A stretch of DNA of 64,000 nucleotides from an uncultured Pelagibacteraceae bacterium (GCA_902599105.1 CACKDY010000002.1:38717-102716), one strand, 5' to 3'; numbered from the stretch's first letter, positions 20,377-32,036 are shown. Notes: generated by a model from the sequence alone, not told the origin. Made by a program: numbers and translations.

Positions 20377-21951
20377 TTAATTAAAACTAGCAGTCCTAAA
20401 TAACGGTTCGTTATTAGGTCTGATAGGAACATTAACATTACTTTTAGATGCCCAAGAAATCACTTGGTGATGTAAAGGAAGATAAGAAATATCATCTTTC
20501 ACAATTTTCCAAGCTTTTGCAATTGCAGCATTTCTTTTATCTAAATCAACTTCACCTTCCATGACTCTTATTGCAGCATCTACGTCTGCATTGCTAAAGT
20601 TAACTTTGTTCCAACTAGCACCAGACTCATATAAATAATGGAAAACATAGTGACTATCTAATGTTGGAACACCCCATCCTAGCATATAAAAATCACCTTG
20701 ATTATCTTTAAGCTCTTTAAAATGTTTACTTTTTGTTTGAGCAAATAAGTTTACATTTACTCCAATTTTACCTAACATTCCAACAACAGCAGTACATATC
20801 GCTTCATCGTTTACATATCTATCATTAGGACATCTAAGTTCAACGTCAAAACCATTAGGATAACCCGCATCAGCTAAAAGTTTTTTTGCAGCATTAACAT
20901 CGTAAGGTAATCTTTTATCAAGATCAGATGTATATCCATTTACACCTGGGAAAGTTATAATTCCTGCTGGTTCACTTAAACCTCTCATAACTTTTTTCTT
21001 GATCGCTTCAATATCAATTGCTTGATAAAGAGCTTGTCTTACCTCTTTTTTCTTGAATGGATTATCACCTGTATTTCCCGTTCTTAACTTATCAGCTGCC
21101 TGATCCATACCTAAGAAAATTGTTCTCATTTGAGCTGTACTTTCAACTTTATGACCTGAAGAAGATCCAATCCTTTTTAAATCTTGAACTGGAGCATCAG
21201 TAACTATATCAATTTCACCTGACAATAAAGCTGCAACTCTAGTAGCTGCATTTTTTATAGGCATTAGTTCAATTTGAGTTACTTTTTTGTCCTTCATTTC
21301 ACCCCACCAATGTTTATTTCTTTTAAACACAGTTTTAGTATTTGGTTCTCTTAAAGTAATTTTAAAAGGACCAGTTCCTAAAGAATTGGTAGCAGAAAAT
21401 GTTTCCTGTCCTGCATCCCAGTTTTGTGGTGACATTGCAAAGTTTTTTTCTGACCAAGCTTTAGACATTATAAATATATTTGATAGCTGGTTTAAAAGAA
21501 TAGGGTTTGGTTTACTTGTTGTAATTTTTACAGCATAATCACCAACCGCTTCGACATTTGATACAGTGCTGATATATTCTTTAAAGTCTGAAGTTCTTTG
21601 TTTAGCTCTTAATATACTAAAAACAACATCTGCTGATGTCATTCCAGTACCATCTGAAAACTTAGCATCTTCTCTTAAAGTAAAGATCCAAGTGTTTGGA
21701 TCAGTTGTTTTCCATTTTGTAGCTAAAGCAGGACCTATTTTCATGTCCAGTCCTCTTTGAACTAGAGCTTCATAAACTTGTCTAGATACTTGAGTAGTTG
21801 GACCTTCATTTTGTGCATGTGGATCTAGTGTTAGACTATCTCCTTGCATAGACCATTTAATAGTTTTTGCCCACGCTGAAGAAAATCCAAATACTAGAAC
21901 TAACGACAATAGTATTCTTATTATATTTTTAGTCTTCATTATTCCCCTCAT
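20377..21951 (-). CDS. ABC transporter substrate-binding protein, family 5 (DppA/OppA-like)
   Basis: Signal peptide; TLDPH, GTGPFK, RVAALLSGEID, CPNDRYVND. Confidence 0.93.
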   Translation of the reverse strand: MRGIMKTKNIIRILLSLVLVFGFSSAWAKTIKWSMQGDSLTLDPHAQNEGPTTQVSRQVYEALVQRGLDMKIGPALATKWKTTDPNTWIFTLREDAKFSDGTGMTSADVVFSILRAKQRTSDFKEYISTVSNVEAVGDYAVKITTSKPNPILLNQLSNIFIMSKAWSEKNFAMSPQNWDAGQETFSATNSLGTGPFKITLREPNTKTVFKRNKHWWGEMKDKKVTQIELMPIKNAATRVAALLSGEIDIVTDAPVQDLKRIGSSSGHKVESTAQMRTIFLGMDQAADKLRTGNTGDNPFKKKEVRQALYQAIDIEAIKKKVMRGLSEPAGIITFPGVNGYTSDLDKRLPYDVNAAKKLLADAGYPNGFDVELRCPNDRYVNDEAICTAVVGMLGKIGVNVNLFAQTKSKHFKELKDNQGDFYMLGWGVPTLDSHYVFHYLYESGASWNKVNFSNADVDAAIRVMEGEVDLDKRNAAIAKAWKIVKDDISYLPLHHQVISWASKSNVNVPIRPNNEPLFRTASFN

Positions 21952-22020
21952 ATTTAAATTTATTTAAAAAAGTATAAGTGAAATAATTGAATTATAGTAG
22001 TAATAATTTACTGCTAAAAT

Positions 22021-23061
<1,041 letters not shown>

Positions 23062-23610
23062 TTAATTAAATATTTTGGCACCTCTAGTCATAGCTACTGC
23101 CCCAGTTCTCGAGGTACTAATAAGCCCTAAGGGTTTTAATTTTTTATTCATTTTATCAATTTCTCTTCTAAGTGCAGTTATTTGAATTACCGCTGAAGTT
23201 TTTGTTTCATCTAATATTACGGGATTAAATTTTTTACAAGCATTTAAACATTTTTGAATTTTATTTCTTTTTCCAACAACTTTAAATAATGCCATTTCTT
23301 TAAATATAACATTTTTATCTTCTCTTTGAAATTCTGCTACTTTATGAACAGGAACTAGTTTTGTTAATTGAAGTTTAATTTGATCTATTACCTGAGGTGT
23401 TCCAGTAGTAACAATTGTTATTCTTGAAATATTTTTTATAGCATCAACTTCAGCTACTGCTAACGACTCAATATTATACCCTCTTCCAGAAAACAGACCA
23501 ACTACTCTTGCAAGAACACCAGCTTCGTTATCTACCCAAACAACAAAAATATAAGTCTCAGATTTTTGTTTTTTTGTAGGAATACTATAAGCTGACTTTG
23601 ATTTCGGCAT
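23062..23610 (-). CDS. ilvH: Acetolactate synthase small subunit
   Basis: DNEAGVLARVVGLFSGRGYNIESL ACT domain. Confidence 0.95.
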   Translation of the reverse strand: MPKSKSAYSIPTKKQKSETYIFVVWVDNEAGVLARVVGLFSGRGYNIESLAVAEVDAIKNISRITIVTTGTPQVIDQIKLQLTKLVPVHKVAEFQREDKNVIFKEMALFKVVGKRNKIQKCLNACKKFNPVILDETKTSAVIQITALRREIDKMNKKLKPLGLISTSRTGAVAMTRGAKIFN

Positions 23611-23615
23611 TATGA

Positions 23616-25382
23616 TTATACTAAAGCTTTGCCTTTTCCTTTAATTTTATTGTCCTCTTGATCATTTGGACCTAATATCATTTGATTATGAGGTTTTCCA
23701 GATGGTATCATTGGAAAACAATTCTCATTAGGATCGACATGACAATCAAATATAACAGGTCCATCGTAATCAATCATTTCTAGAATTTTATCATCAAGGT
23801 CTGATGGATTATCTGCTTTAATTCCTTTGCATCCGTAAGCTTCTGCCATTTTCATAAAATCTGGTAATGCTTCTGAATAACTTTCAGAATAGTTCTTCTC
23901 ATGCAACAATTCCTGCCACTGTCTTACCATTCCCATATATTGATTATTTAAAATAAATATTTTTATTGGAAGATTGTATTGAACCGCTGTAGACATTTCT
24001 TGCATTGTCATTAAAACAGAAGCTTCACCAGCAATATCAATCACTAATTTTTCAGGATGAGCAATTTGTACTCCTACAGCTGCTGGCAAACCATAACCCA
24101 TAGTACCTAAACCACCAGATGTCATCCATCTGTTTGGTTTATTAAATTTATAATGCTGAGCAGCCCACATCTGATGTTGCCCAACCTCGGTAGTTACATA
24201 AGTATCTTTATTCTTTGTAAATTCATAAAGTCTTTGAACAGCATGTTGTGGTTTAATACTTTCATCACTATTAACAAAATTTAAAGAATTTTTTCCTCTC
24301 CATTTTTCAATTTTTTCCCACCATTTAGCAATATTTGATTTGTTTGACTTACTGTGACCATTTTTACTTTTTATAATTGTTCTATTAATTTTACTGATAA
24401 CACTCGTAACATCTCCAACTATTGCGAGATCCACCTTGATAATTTTATTAATTGATGAAGGATCTATATCAATATGAACTTTTTTTGAATTTGGCGAAAA
24501 CTCATCTATTTTTCCTGTAATACGGTCATCAAACCTCGCACCAATATTAATTAAAAGATCACAATCATGCATAGCATTATTTGCCTCATAGGTACCATGC
24601 ATACCAAGCATTCCTAAAAATTGATTATCATCTCCAGGGTATGCCCCCAAACCTTGAAGAGTAGAAGTAATTGGAAAACCAGTTAAATCTACAAATTCTC
24701 TCAGAGCCTGGCTTGCTTTTGGTCCTGAGTTAATCACTCCCCCACCACTATAGATGATTGGTTTTTTAGCTTTATGTAAAAGTTTTACAAATTCATAAAT
24801 TTGATCTTGAGAAAATTTATTATGTGATTTTCCATTTAATTTTTTTTCTTTATTTGGTTTTTTATATTTAGTTTTTGCAAACTGAACATCTTTTGGAATA
24901 TCAACTAAAACTGGTCCAGGTCTTCCTGTTGTTGCTACTCTAAAAGCTTCGTGCATAACTTTTGCAAGATCATTTATATCTTTAACTAACCAATTGTGTT
25001 TAGTGCAAGGTCTTGTAATTCCAGTAGTGTCACATTCTTGAAAAGCATCAGTTCCAATTAAATGTGTCGGAACTTGACCAGAAATACAAATCAATGGAAC
25101 AGAATCCATATAAGCATCAGTTAAGGCAGTTACAACGTTTGTGGCTCCTGGACCTGATGTGACTAAAACTACTCCTGGTTTTCCTGATGATCTTGCATAT
25201 CCTTCAGCTGCGTGGCCAGCACCTTGTTCGTGTCTAACTAAAATATGCTTTATAGAAGCATGATTTTTTAATTCATCATAAATTGGTAACACTGCACCAC
25301 CAGGATAACCAAAGATATGCTCTACCTTTTGGTCTTCAAGACATTTAAATACAATTTCTGCTCCAGTAAATAATTTTGGCAT
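23616..25382 (-). CDS. ilvI: Acetolactate synthase large subunit
   Basis: FGYPGGAVLP, RHEQGA, TSGPGATN, GMVRQWQ. Confidence 0.96.
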   Translation of the reverse strand: MPKLFTGAEIVFKCLEDQKVEHIFGYPGGAVLPIYDELKNHASIKHILVRHEQGAGHAAEGYARSSGKPGVVLVTSGPGATNVVTALTDAYMDSVPLICISGQVPTHLIGTDAFQECDTTGITRPCTKHNWLVKDINDLAKVMHEAFRVATTGRPGPVLVDIPKDVQFAKTKYKKPNKEKKLNGKSHNKFSQDQIYEFVKLLHKAKKPIIYSGGGVINSGPKASQALREFVDLTGFPITSTLQGLGAYPGDDNQFLGMLGMHGTYEANNAMHDCDLLINIGARFDDRITGKIDEFSPNSKKVHIDIDPSSINKIIKVDLAIVGDVTSVISKINRTIIKSKNGHSKSNKSNIAKWWEKIEKWRGKNSLNFVNSDESIKPQHAVQRLYEFTKNKDTYVTTEVGQHQMWAAQHYKFNKPNRWMTSGGLGTMGYGLPAAVGVQIAHPEKLVIDIAGEASVLMTMQEMSTAVQYNLPIKIFILNNQYMGMVRQWQELLHEKNYSESYSEALPDFMKMAEAYGCKGIKADNPSDLDDKILEMIDYDGPVIFDCHVDPNENCFPMIPSGKPHNQMILGPNDQEDNKIKGKGKALV

Positions 25383-25387
25383 TATGC

Positions 25388-25417
25388 AATCTAGCTGAAG
25401 TTGTGCTCATTGGTCAA
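25388..25417 (-). promoter_or_regulatory. sigma70-like promoter of ilvIHC, apparently leaderless
   Basis: TTGACC-N18-TAGATT ending 5 nt before the ATG. Confidence 0.55.
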
Positions 25418-25434
25418 GTTTTAGAATGAAAATT

Positions 25435-26343
25435 TTAAATTTTTTTCAAAAAATTATTTATGTCTTGTGGCTTCAGTTTCATCCAACTAATCATGTTACC
25501 TCTAGCCCAAGTACTTTGTCTTTTGGCGTATTGTCTAGTTTTTATGGCTATTTTATCTCTAGTATCATTCAAATTTTTTTGTTTTTTTAAATATTCTTTA
25601 ATTTCATTAACTCCTATAGCCTTGTTGGCACTTTTATTTTTTCTAACTCTTAGCTTTATGAAATCATTTACTTCTTTTATTGCTCCATTTTCTATCATCT
25701 CCTCTGTTCTCACATTAATACGCTCAATTAATTCTTGTCTAGGAAAATCGATATAAACTTTAAAAAAATCATCTTCCACAAAGTTTGATTTTGTGTTTTT
25801 AAACCATTCAGTTAGAGATTTTTTTGTAAACTTTTTAACCTCGTAAGCTCTGATGGATCTTTGAGTATCTGTAGGGTTTATTTTTCCTCTTATGGACGGA
25901 TCTAATTTTAATAGTTTTTCATAAAACCTCTTTTGTCCAAGTTTTTTTTGTAAATATCTAATTTGGTTTCTTAATTTAAGTGAAATATTTGGTACTTTAA
26001 CTAAACCATCAGTTAATGCTTTAAAGTATAAACCTGTACCTCCGACAAGAATTGGAGTTTTTTTTCTTTTTTTAACTTCCATAATTTTTTTAATTACAAG
26101 CTTAAGCCAATCACCTGTTGAGAAGTTTTTAGTTACATTATGGAAGCCATATAAATGATGTTTTATTTTCTGATATTTTTTTGGATCTGGTCTAGCTGAT
26201 AAGATTTTAAGCTCTTTGTATACTTGCATGCTATCTGAATTAATAATCTCTCCATCGACTTTTTTTGCAACTTTAATTGCAAAACTTGATTTGCCTGATG
26301 CTGTAGGTCCAGATATTAATATTATCTTGGATTTTAAATCCAT
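25435..26343 (-). CDS. miaA: tRNA dimethylallyltransferase
   Basis: GPTASGKS, DSMQVY, VGGTGLY, TRQYAKRQ.TW. Confidence 0.97.
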   Translation of the reverse strand: MDLKSKIILISGPTASGKSSFAIKVAKKVDGEIINSDSMQVYKELKILSARPDPKKYQKIKHHLYGFHNVTKNFSTGDWLKLVIKKIMEVKKRKKTPILVGGTGLYFKALTDGLVKVPNISLKLRNQIRYLQKKLGQKRFYEKLLKLDPSIRGKINPTDTQRSIRAYEVKKFTKKSLTEWFKNTKSNFVEDDFFKVYIDFPRQELIERINVRTEEMIENGAIKEVNDFIKLRVRKNKSANKAIGVNEIKEYLKKQKNLNDTRDKIAIKTRQYAKRQSTWARGNMISWMKLKPQDINNFLKKI

Positions 26344-26345
26344 TA

Positions 26346-27761
26346 TTAGTCTAGCTTAACACCAATGTATCTTCTTTGATTTTGATTATTATAGATTGCG
26401 AGTAAAACCGTCTTTTGATTTGAATCAAGAACTTTTTTAATAATATCTCTTAAGTCATTAACTGATCTAATTTTTTTCTTTTGAGCTTCAACAACAATAC
26501 TGTTAAGCTCTATTGAATTTGCAATAGGGCTGTTGTTTGCAATTTTTGTTATCACAAGTCCCGTTGTTTGGTTTGGTAAATTTCTATTTTTAATATCTTC
26601 TTTAGTTAGTAGTCTTACTGCAATTTTTAAACTTTCAATTATTTCTTCATCATTTTCGTTTTGTGTTTCTTGATTTTTACTTATTTTAAAATCATCTGAA
26701 GTTTCTAACCTTCCTAAAATAACATTTTTTACTATTTCTTTTTTGTCTCTCCAAAGTTTAACTTCAACTTTTTTTCCAACATCTGTTCTTGCTACAATAG
26801 CTGGAAGTTCTTTCATTTGGTTTATTTTTTCTCCATTAAATTCTAAAATGATATCACCAGCTAGTATACCTGCTTTTTCTGATGGACTATTTTCTGCAAC
26901 ACTAGCAACTAATGCTCCTCGTGCTTTGTCTAATTTTTCAACTTCAGCAATTTCTTTTGTTACGTCTTGAATTCTGACACCCAGCCAACCTCTTTTTGTT
27001 TCACCAAATTCGATTAATTGATTAATTACAATCTGAGCACTGTTTGATGGTATGGAAAATCCAATACCGATTGAGCCGTTACGTCCAAGAATTGCTGTAT
27101 TAATTCCAATTACATTTCCTTCCATGTCAAACAAAGGTCCTCCTGAATTACCAGAGTTAATAGAAGCATCAGTTTGAATAAAATCTTCATATCGTGATAA
27201 ACCAATTGATCTATTTCTAGCTGAAATAATTCCTGCAGTTACAGTTCCACCTAAACCAAATGGATTTCCAATTGCCAAGACCCAATCCCCAATTCTAGCT
27301 TTATCTGAGTCTCCAAATGCTACTGGGACAAATTTTTCATCTGTTTCTAATTGTAAAACTGCAATATCCATTAGTGGATCAGCTCCAAGAACCTTTGCTT
27401 TAAATTCTTGATCTCCATTTACTCTAACAATAATATCGTCAGCATCTTGAATAACGTGATTATTTGTAACAACAATTCCTTTCTCATCAATTATAAATCC
27501 AGAGCCTAACGCAGCTGATTGTCTTTTTTGAGGTGTCCCAAATTCTTTAAACATATCCTCAAAAGGAGATCCTGGAGGAAATTGAAAAGGAAAAGGATTA
27601 GAATTTGTTGTGATAGTAGTTGTTGTAGAAATATTTACAACAGATGGCATTAATTTTTCTGCAAGATCTGCGAATGAAGTAGGAACTGGTTTTGAGTTTA
27701 CACTTAAGGAAAAAGTGAATGATAGAAATATTGTTAAAAATACAATTTTAATTTTCCTCAT
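26346..27761 (-). CDS. Do/DegP-DegQ family periplasmic serine protease
   Basis: TNNHV, GNSGGP, PDZ domains, signal peptide. Confidence 0.95.
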   Translation of the reverse strand: MRKIKIVFLTIFLSFTFSLSVNSKPVPTSFADLAEKLMPSVVNISTTTTITTNSNPFPFQFPPGSPFEDMFKEFGTPQKRQSAALGSGFIIDEKGIVVTNNHVIQDADDIIVRVNGDQEFKAKVLGADPLMDIAVLQLETDEKFVPVAFGDSDKARIGDWVLAIGNPFGLGGTVTAGIISARNRSIGLSRYEDFIQTDASINSGNSGGPLFDMEGNVIGINTAILGRNGSIGIGFSIPSNSAQIVINQLIEFGETKRGWLGVRIQDVTKEIAEVEKLDKARGALVASVAENSPSEKAGILAGDIILEFNGEKINQMKELPAIVARTDVGKKVEVKLWRDKKEIVKNVILGRLETSDDFKISKNQETQNENDEEIIESLKIAVRLLTKEDIKNRNLPNQTTGLVITKIANNSPIANSIELNSIVVEAQKKKIRSVNDLRDIIKKVLDSNQKTVLLAIYNNQNQRRYIGVKLD

Positions 27762-27762
27762 A

Positions 27763-27948
27763 TCAGCTCTTAATGTAATAAATAATTATAAACCCTATTA
27801 CTGCAAAAATAAGTCCACCTGATCTAAGTTGACTATTTTTAACAAGTTCTAGCTTTTTCAACATACTTTTCATTTTTGCTGGAAATAAGGCGTACAAGAT
27901 CCCCTCAATAAATAAGAAAAGACCAAAAGCTATAGCTAGCTCACGCAT
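27763..27948 (-). CDS. DUF2065 family membrane protein
   Basis: EG..YALFP ... LR..G motif; conserved position after hflC. Confidence 0.85.
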   Translation of the reverse strand: MRELAIAFGLFLFIEGILYALFPAKMKSMLKKLELVKNSQLRSGGLIFAVIGFIIIYYIKS

Positions 27949-27955
27949 TTAAGAA

Positions 27956-28828
27956 TTATTGTTGGATTTCAGGTTTTATATTTCCAAAAAATTTAAAAAA
28001 TTCACTATCAGGTGATAAAATTAGAGAAGTTTCACCTCCAATAAGAGCTTTTTCATATGCTTGCATAGCTCTATAGAAAGCAAAAAACTCTGGATCTTGA
28101 CCAAAAGCATCAGCAAAGATTTTGTTTCTTAAACCGTCACCTTCCCCTTTCATTATCTCAGATTGTTTCTGAGCATCTGCTAAGATTACGGTAACTTCTT
28201 TGTCAGCAGTTGAAGTAATAGTCACTGCCATCTCTGCCCCTTTTGCTCTAAATTCTTTTGCTTCCCTCTCCCTTTCAGTTTGCATTCTTCTGTAAATTGC
28301 ATCACTGTTAGCTTGAGGAAGATCTGCTCTTTTAATTCTAACATCAACAATATTAATTCCAAAGTTTTGCGCTTCATTATTTACACCTTCTTTAATCAAA
28401 GCCATCTGTTTTGATCTATCTTTGGAAAGCAACGTTTGTAATTCTTCTTGACCTAATACATTCCTAATTCTTGAATTGATAATTGTTGATAATCTTGATC
28501 TTGCAACCCTTTCGTTCCCAACAGAAATATAAAATTTAAGTGGATCTACGATTTGAAATCTTGCAAAAGCATCAACAATTAATCGTTTTTGATCTGATGC
28601 AATAACCTCTTCAGGTGGAGCATCTAAATTTAAAATTCTTTTATCTAAATAAACTACGTTTTGGATGAATGGAATTTTAAAGTTTAATCCTGGTTTCATT
28701 ATAATTCTTTTTGGATCACCAAATTGAAGTATAATTGCTTGATTAACCTCTTTTACAATAATTACTGATAAAAAGGCTACTACACCTATCGCAACTAATA
28801 CTCCTGCTAATATTTTTCCAGCTTTCAT
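27956..28828 (-). CDS. hflC: FtsH modulator HflC
   Basis: SPFH domain, DVRIKRADLP, RMQTERE, DPEFFAFYR. Confidence 0.95.
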   Translation of the reverse strand: MKAGKILAGVLVAIGVVAFLSVIIVKEVNQAIILQFGDPKRIIMKPGLNFKIPFIQNVVYLDKRILNLDAPPEEVIASDQKRLIVDAFARFQIVDPLKFYISVGNERVARSRLSTIINSRIRNVLGQEELQTLLSKDRSKQMALIKEGVNNEAQNFGINIVDVRIKRADLPQANSDAIYRRMQTEREREAKEFRAKGAEMAVTITSTADKEVTVILADAQKQSEIMKGEGDGLRNKIFADAFGQDPEFFAFYRAMQAYEKALIGGETSLILSPDSEFFKFFGNIKPEIQQ

Positions 28829-28829
28829 T

Positions 28830-29930
28830 TTAATTTGTCGCTTTCTTTTTTAACTCAGGTAAAGGTAAATAAGGAACTACTCCTGAACCTGCATTTTTTT
28901 CTATAATTACTTTATCTATATCAGCTAAAACTTTCTCCATAGTTTCTAAATACATTCTTTCTTGAGTAACTGCTTTTGCATTTTTATACTCATTGTAGAT
29001 AGCTATAAATCTACTTGCTTCACCTTCTGCTTTTGCAACAACTTCTTTTTTATATGCTTCTGCAGCTTGTAAAATTTTTTGCGCTTCCCCTCTTGCTCTT
29101 GGTATTACATCATTTGCATAGGCTTCAGCTTCATTTTTAGACCTTTCCATATCTGCTCTTGCAGCTTGTACATCTCTAAATGCGTCGATAACCTGATCAG
29201 GTGGGTCAGCCTTTTGTGTTTGCACTTGTGTAATTTGAATACCACTTTCGTAATCGTCTAAAATACTTTGTATTATATTTTGTGTCTCAACCTCAATTTT
29301 AGATCTACCCTCTGTTAATATTGGTTGAATATCACTTTTTGCAATTACTTCCCTCATCGCAGTTTCAGCAGCTGCTTTAACAGTGCCTTCTGGGTCTTGA
29401 ATTTTGAATAAAAAATTACCAGCGTCCTTAATTACCCAAAATACTGAGAAGTCAATGTTAACAATATTTTCATCTCCAGTTAACATTAAGCTCTCTTGTG
29501 GAACATCTGCAACACCACCACCTGTAGAAAATCCACTGTCTCTCTCAGATCTAAATCCTATATCCATTCGATTAACCTTAGTGACTTTTGGTGTTTGCAC
29601 AGTCTCAACTGGAAATGGGATATGATAGTTCAAACCAGGTTGTGTAGTTTTTACAAACTTACCAAATCTCAATACAACACCTTGTTCATCTGGTAGCACC
29701 CTATAAAGTCCGCTCGCTAACCATACAAAAGCTAAAACCAATAAAATTAAACTAATTGATTTTCCGCCAGATGTTTTTCCACCAGGTAAAAATTTTTTAA
29801 TTTTATCTTGAAGATCTCTAATTAATTCGTCGATATTTGGTGGTGTAGGCCCTCTACCCGATCCATTGCCACTACCCCCTCCACCAGGAGGTGCTCCCCA
29901 AGGACTTTGACCTTTAAAATTATCTGACAT
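28830..29930 (-). CDS. hflK: FtsH modulator HflK
   Basis: PWG/Gly-rich N-terminus, MLTGDENIV, AFRDVQAA, RMYLETME. Confidence 0.96.
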   Translation of the reverse strand: MSDNFKGQSPWGAPPGGGGSGNGSGRGPTPPNIDELIRDLQDKIKKFLPGGKTSGGKSISLILLVLAFVWLASGLYRVLPDEQGVVLRFGKFVKTTQPGLNYHIPFPVETVQTPKVTKVNRMDIGFRSERDSGFSTGGGVADVPQESLMLTGDENIVNIDFSVFWVIKDAGNFLFKIQDPEGTVKAAAETAMREVIAKSDIQPILTEGRSKIEVETQNIIQSILDDYESGIQITQVQTQKADPPDQVIDAFRDVQAARADMERSKNEAEAYANDVIPRARGEAQKILQAAEAYKKEVVAKAEGEASRFIAIYNEYKNAKAVTQERMYLETMEKVLADIDKVIIEKNAGSGVVPYLPLPELKKKATN

Positions 29931-29938
29931 GACAACTT

Positions 29939-29966
29939 ATATAGTGTCTTTAATGCAAAAAACAAG
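29939..29966 (-). promoter_or_regulatory. Putative RpoH-type promoter of hflK-hflC-DUF2065-degP
   Basis: CTTG-N17-ACTATAT, 8 nt before the ATG. Confidence 0.45.
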
Positions 29967-29979
29967 TAATGATACTTTT

Positions 29980-30804
29980 ATGACTGATAAAAAACCTGAA
30001 CTTAGTGCCGCAATGAAAAGTAAGCTAGAGCCCAAAAAATTCATTAAAAATCCTATTCATGGAACAAAGTTTACAATTGCAATTTCTAGTGCAAAAGGTG
30101 GTGTTGGAAAATCTACATTTGCAACGAATCTTGCTTTAGCTTTGAAAAAAGTTGGATGTAAAGTTGGTCTTTTAGATGCAGATATTTATGGTCCATCAAT
30201 TCCTAAAATGTTTGATATTAATGAAAAACCAAAAAGTGATGGTCAAAAATTAGATCCAATTACAAAATATGACATTCAGTGTATGTCGATTGGTTTTTTA
30301 ACTGATCAACAAACTCCGATGATATGGCGTGGCCCTATGGTTACAAGTGCAATTAAAACTTTTACTCAGAAAGTAAATTGGAGAGATTTGGATTTTATAA
30401 TTGTTGATATGCCGCCAGGAACTGGTGATACTCAACTGACATTTTCTCAAGAAATAAAAATGAATGGTGCAATAATAGTAAGTACACCACAGGAAGTAGC
30501 TCTTTTAGATGTAAAGAGAGGAATTAAAATGTTTGATAAACTTGGAGTTAAAATTTTAGGTTTAGTCGATAATATGAGTTTTTTTATTGGCGATGATGGA
30601 AAAAAATATAAAATTTTTGGCGAAGGTGGGGTTAAAAAAACCGCAAAGGAATTCCAAAAAGAATTTTTAGGTGAAATTCCAATTAATCCAGAAGTTGGTA
30701 AAACTGGAGATGAAGGAAAACCAATTGTGGAAGCTAACCCTGAGCATGAAATTTCAAAAATATATTTAAATTTTGCTGATAAAGTTAAATCAACTTATCT
30801 TTAA
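29980..30804 (+). CDS. mrp: Mrp/ApbC/NBP35 family ATPase
   Basis: [29 protein letters not shown]; start set at ATG 29980. Confidence 0.92.
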   Translation: MTDKKPELSAAMKSKLEPKKFIKNPIHGTKFTIAISSAKGGVGKSTFATNLALALKKVGCKVGLLDADIYGPSIPKMFDINEKPKSDGQKLDPITKYDIQCMSIGFLTDQQTPMIWRGPMVTSAIKTFTQKVNWRDLDFIIVDMPPGTGDTQLTFSQEIKMNGAIIVSTPQEVALLDVKRGIKMFDKLGVKILGLVDNMSFFIGDDGKKYKIFGEGGVKKTAKEFQKEFLGEIPINPEVGKTGDEGKPIVEANPEHEISKIYLNFADKVKSTYL

Positions 30805-31732
30805 GATCAAAAGCAGCCATTAATTCATTCCACTCCCTTTTAGAGACTCCAGAACTATCAATATCTACATTTTCACCTTTGATAAGTTTTTGAATAATTA
30901 ACTTTCCTTTTGCAGAAACTTCTGTGCCACCAACTCTATAGTCCATAAAAGCATCATAAGTTATAGGGACCCATTTTTTTACAGTATCCAACATGATGTC
31001 AGCATAAACTCTAATTTCATATTGAGCATGACTATCAGCTCTTAATCTTAGAAAGTTCATCAAATTTAATAAATCTGTTTTCCAGTACCATTGAGTATAT
31101 GTATTTAATGTTAAATTCATTCTTGCAAGTTCTCTCGCTAAACCTTTCTTATTTTCATCAATCGTTGAACCATCAAATCTTTCGTTAAGCATTGTCTCAT
31201 AATTGTCGTAAGTTCTCTCTGCATCACTTTTTAATAATTCTAAAACTTCTTCTGCTTGTTTTCCTTCCAAAACATCTCCTCTTCCTTGCCTATTACTGGT
31301 CGATTGAGCGGCTAAATTTTCTTGAGATGGTAAATAAAATTCTTTGTCTAGAATTGAATACCTAGCAGAGTATTCGTTCACATTTGCTGTTCTGTGTCTA
31401 ATCCATTGTCTTGCAATAAATATTGGAAGCTTAACATGATATTTAATTTCACACATTTCAAACGGAGTGCTGTGCCAATGTCTCATCAAATATTTAATTA
31501 AACCTTTATCAGTTGAAACTTGTTTCGTTCCTTTTCCATATGATACTCTAGCTGATTGAACGACTGATGTATCGTCGCCCATATAATCAACTACTCTAAC
31601 AAAACCATGATCTAAAGCTGGAATTGCCTCATATAGGATTTTTTCAAGCTCAGGAACTGTAACTCTTTTTGTTTGATTGCTTTGAGATTGTTGATTTTTT
31701 ATCTCCTCTTGTTGTTCTTTAGTTAATTTCAT
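30785..31732 (-). CDS. thyX: FAD-dependent thymidylate synthase
   Basis: [25 protein letters not shown]; start set at ATG 31732 (MKLTKEQ). Confidence 0.96.
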   Translation of the reverse strand: MKLTKEQQEEIKNQQSQSNQTKRVTVPELEKILYEAIPALDHGFVRVVDYMGDDTSVVQSARVSYGKGTKQVSTDKGLIKYLMRHWHSTPFEMCEIKYHVKLPIFIARQWIRHRTANVNEYSARYSILDKEFYLPSQENLAAQSTSNRQGRGDVLEGKQAEEVLELLKSDAERTYDNYETMLNERFDGSTIDENKKGLARELARMNLTLNTYTQWYWKTDLLNLMNFLRLRADSHAQYEIRVYADIMLDTVKKWVPITYDAFMDYRVGGTEVSAKGKLIIQKLIKGENVDIDSSGVSKREWNELMAAFDLKDKLI

Positions 31733-31774
31733 GATTGTTATTGAATCTGTTGTGATTACTTTTATATTAATAAT

Positions 31775-32033
31775 GTTGGTTTTCCAACTACGACGATAAA
31801 CGAATTTCGTAATAACCATCGCGGACGTGGGGGCAGTACCCACCACCTCCACCATTACAACTTATGGGGGTGAACAAGATTCGACGGGTGACTAAAGGCT
31901 ATTCTTTCGTTCGGAATTGTTCCACCGTAACGGGCTAATTTATAATTGCTAACGAAAGTTACGCACTTGCTGCCTAATTAACTTAGTTAATTAAGCAAAC
32001 GGGGCTTGGGGCACCTGGCAACAGAACGCCCCT
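31775..32033 (+). ncRNA. ssrA: Circularly permuted two-piece tmRNA (outer ends approximate)
   Basis: T-arm GTGGG-GGCAGTA-CCCAC then CACCTCC-ACCA (ends 31854); 11-nt spacer; GGGGGTG (31866) gives G3.U70; tag ANESYALAA-stop at 31948-31977. Confidence 0.95.
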
Positions 32034-32036
32034 AAC

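Noticed and set aside
31733-31855. N-terminal extension of thyX in the ORF track
   Set aside because: Overlaps the tmRNA acceptor piece on the opposite strand; ThyX-like sequence starts at ATG 31732
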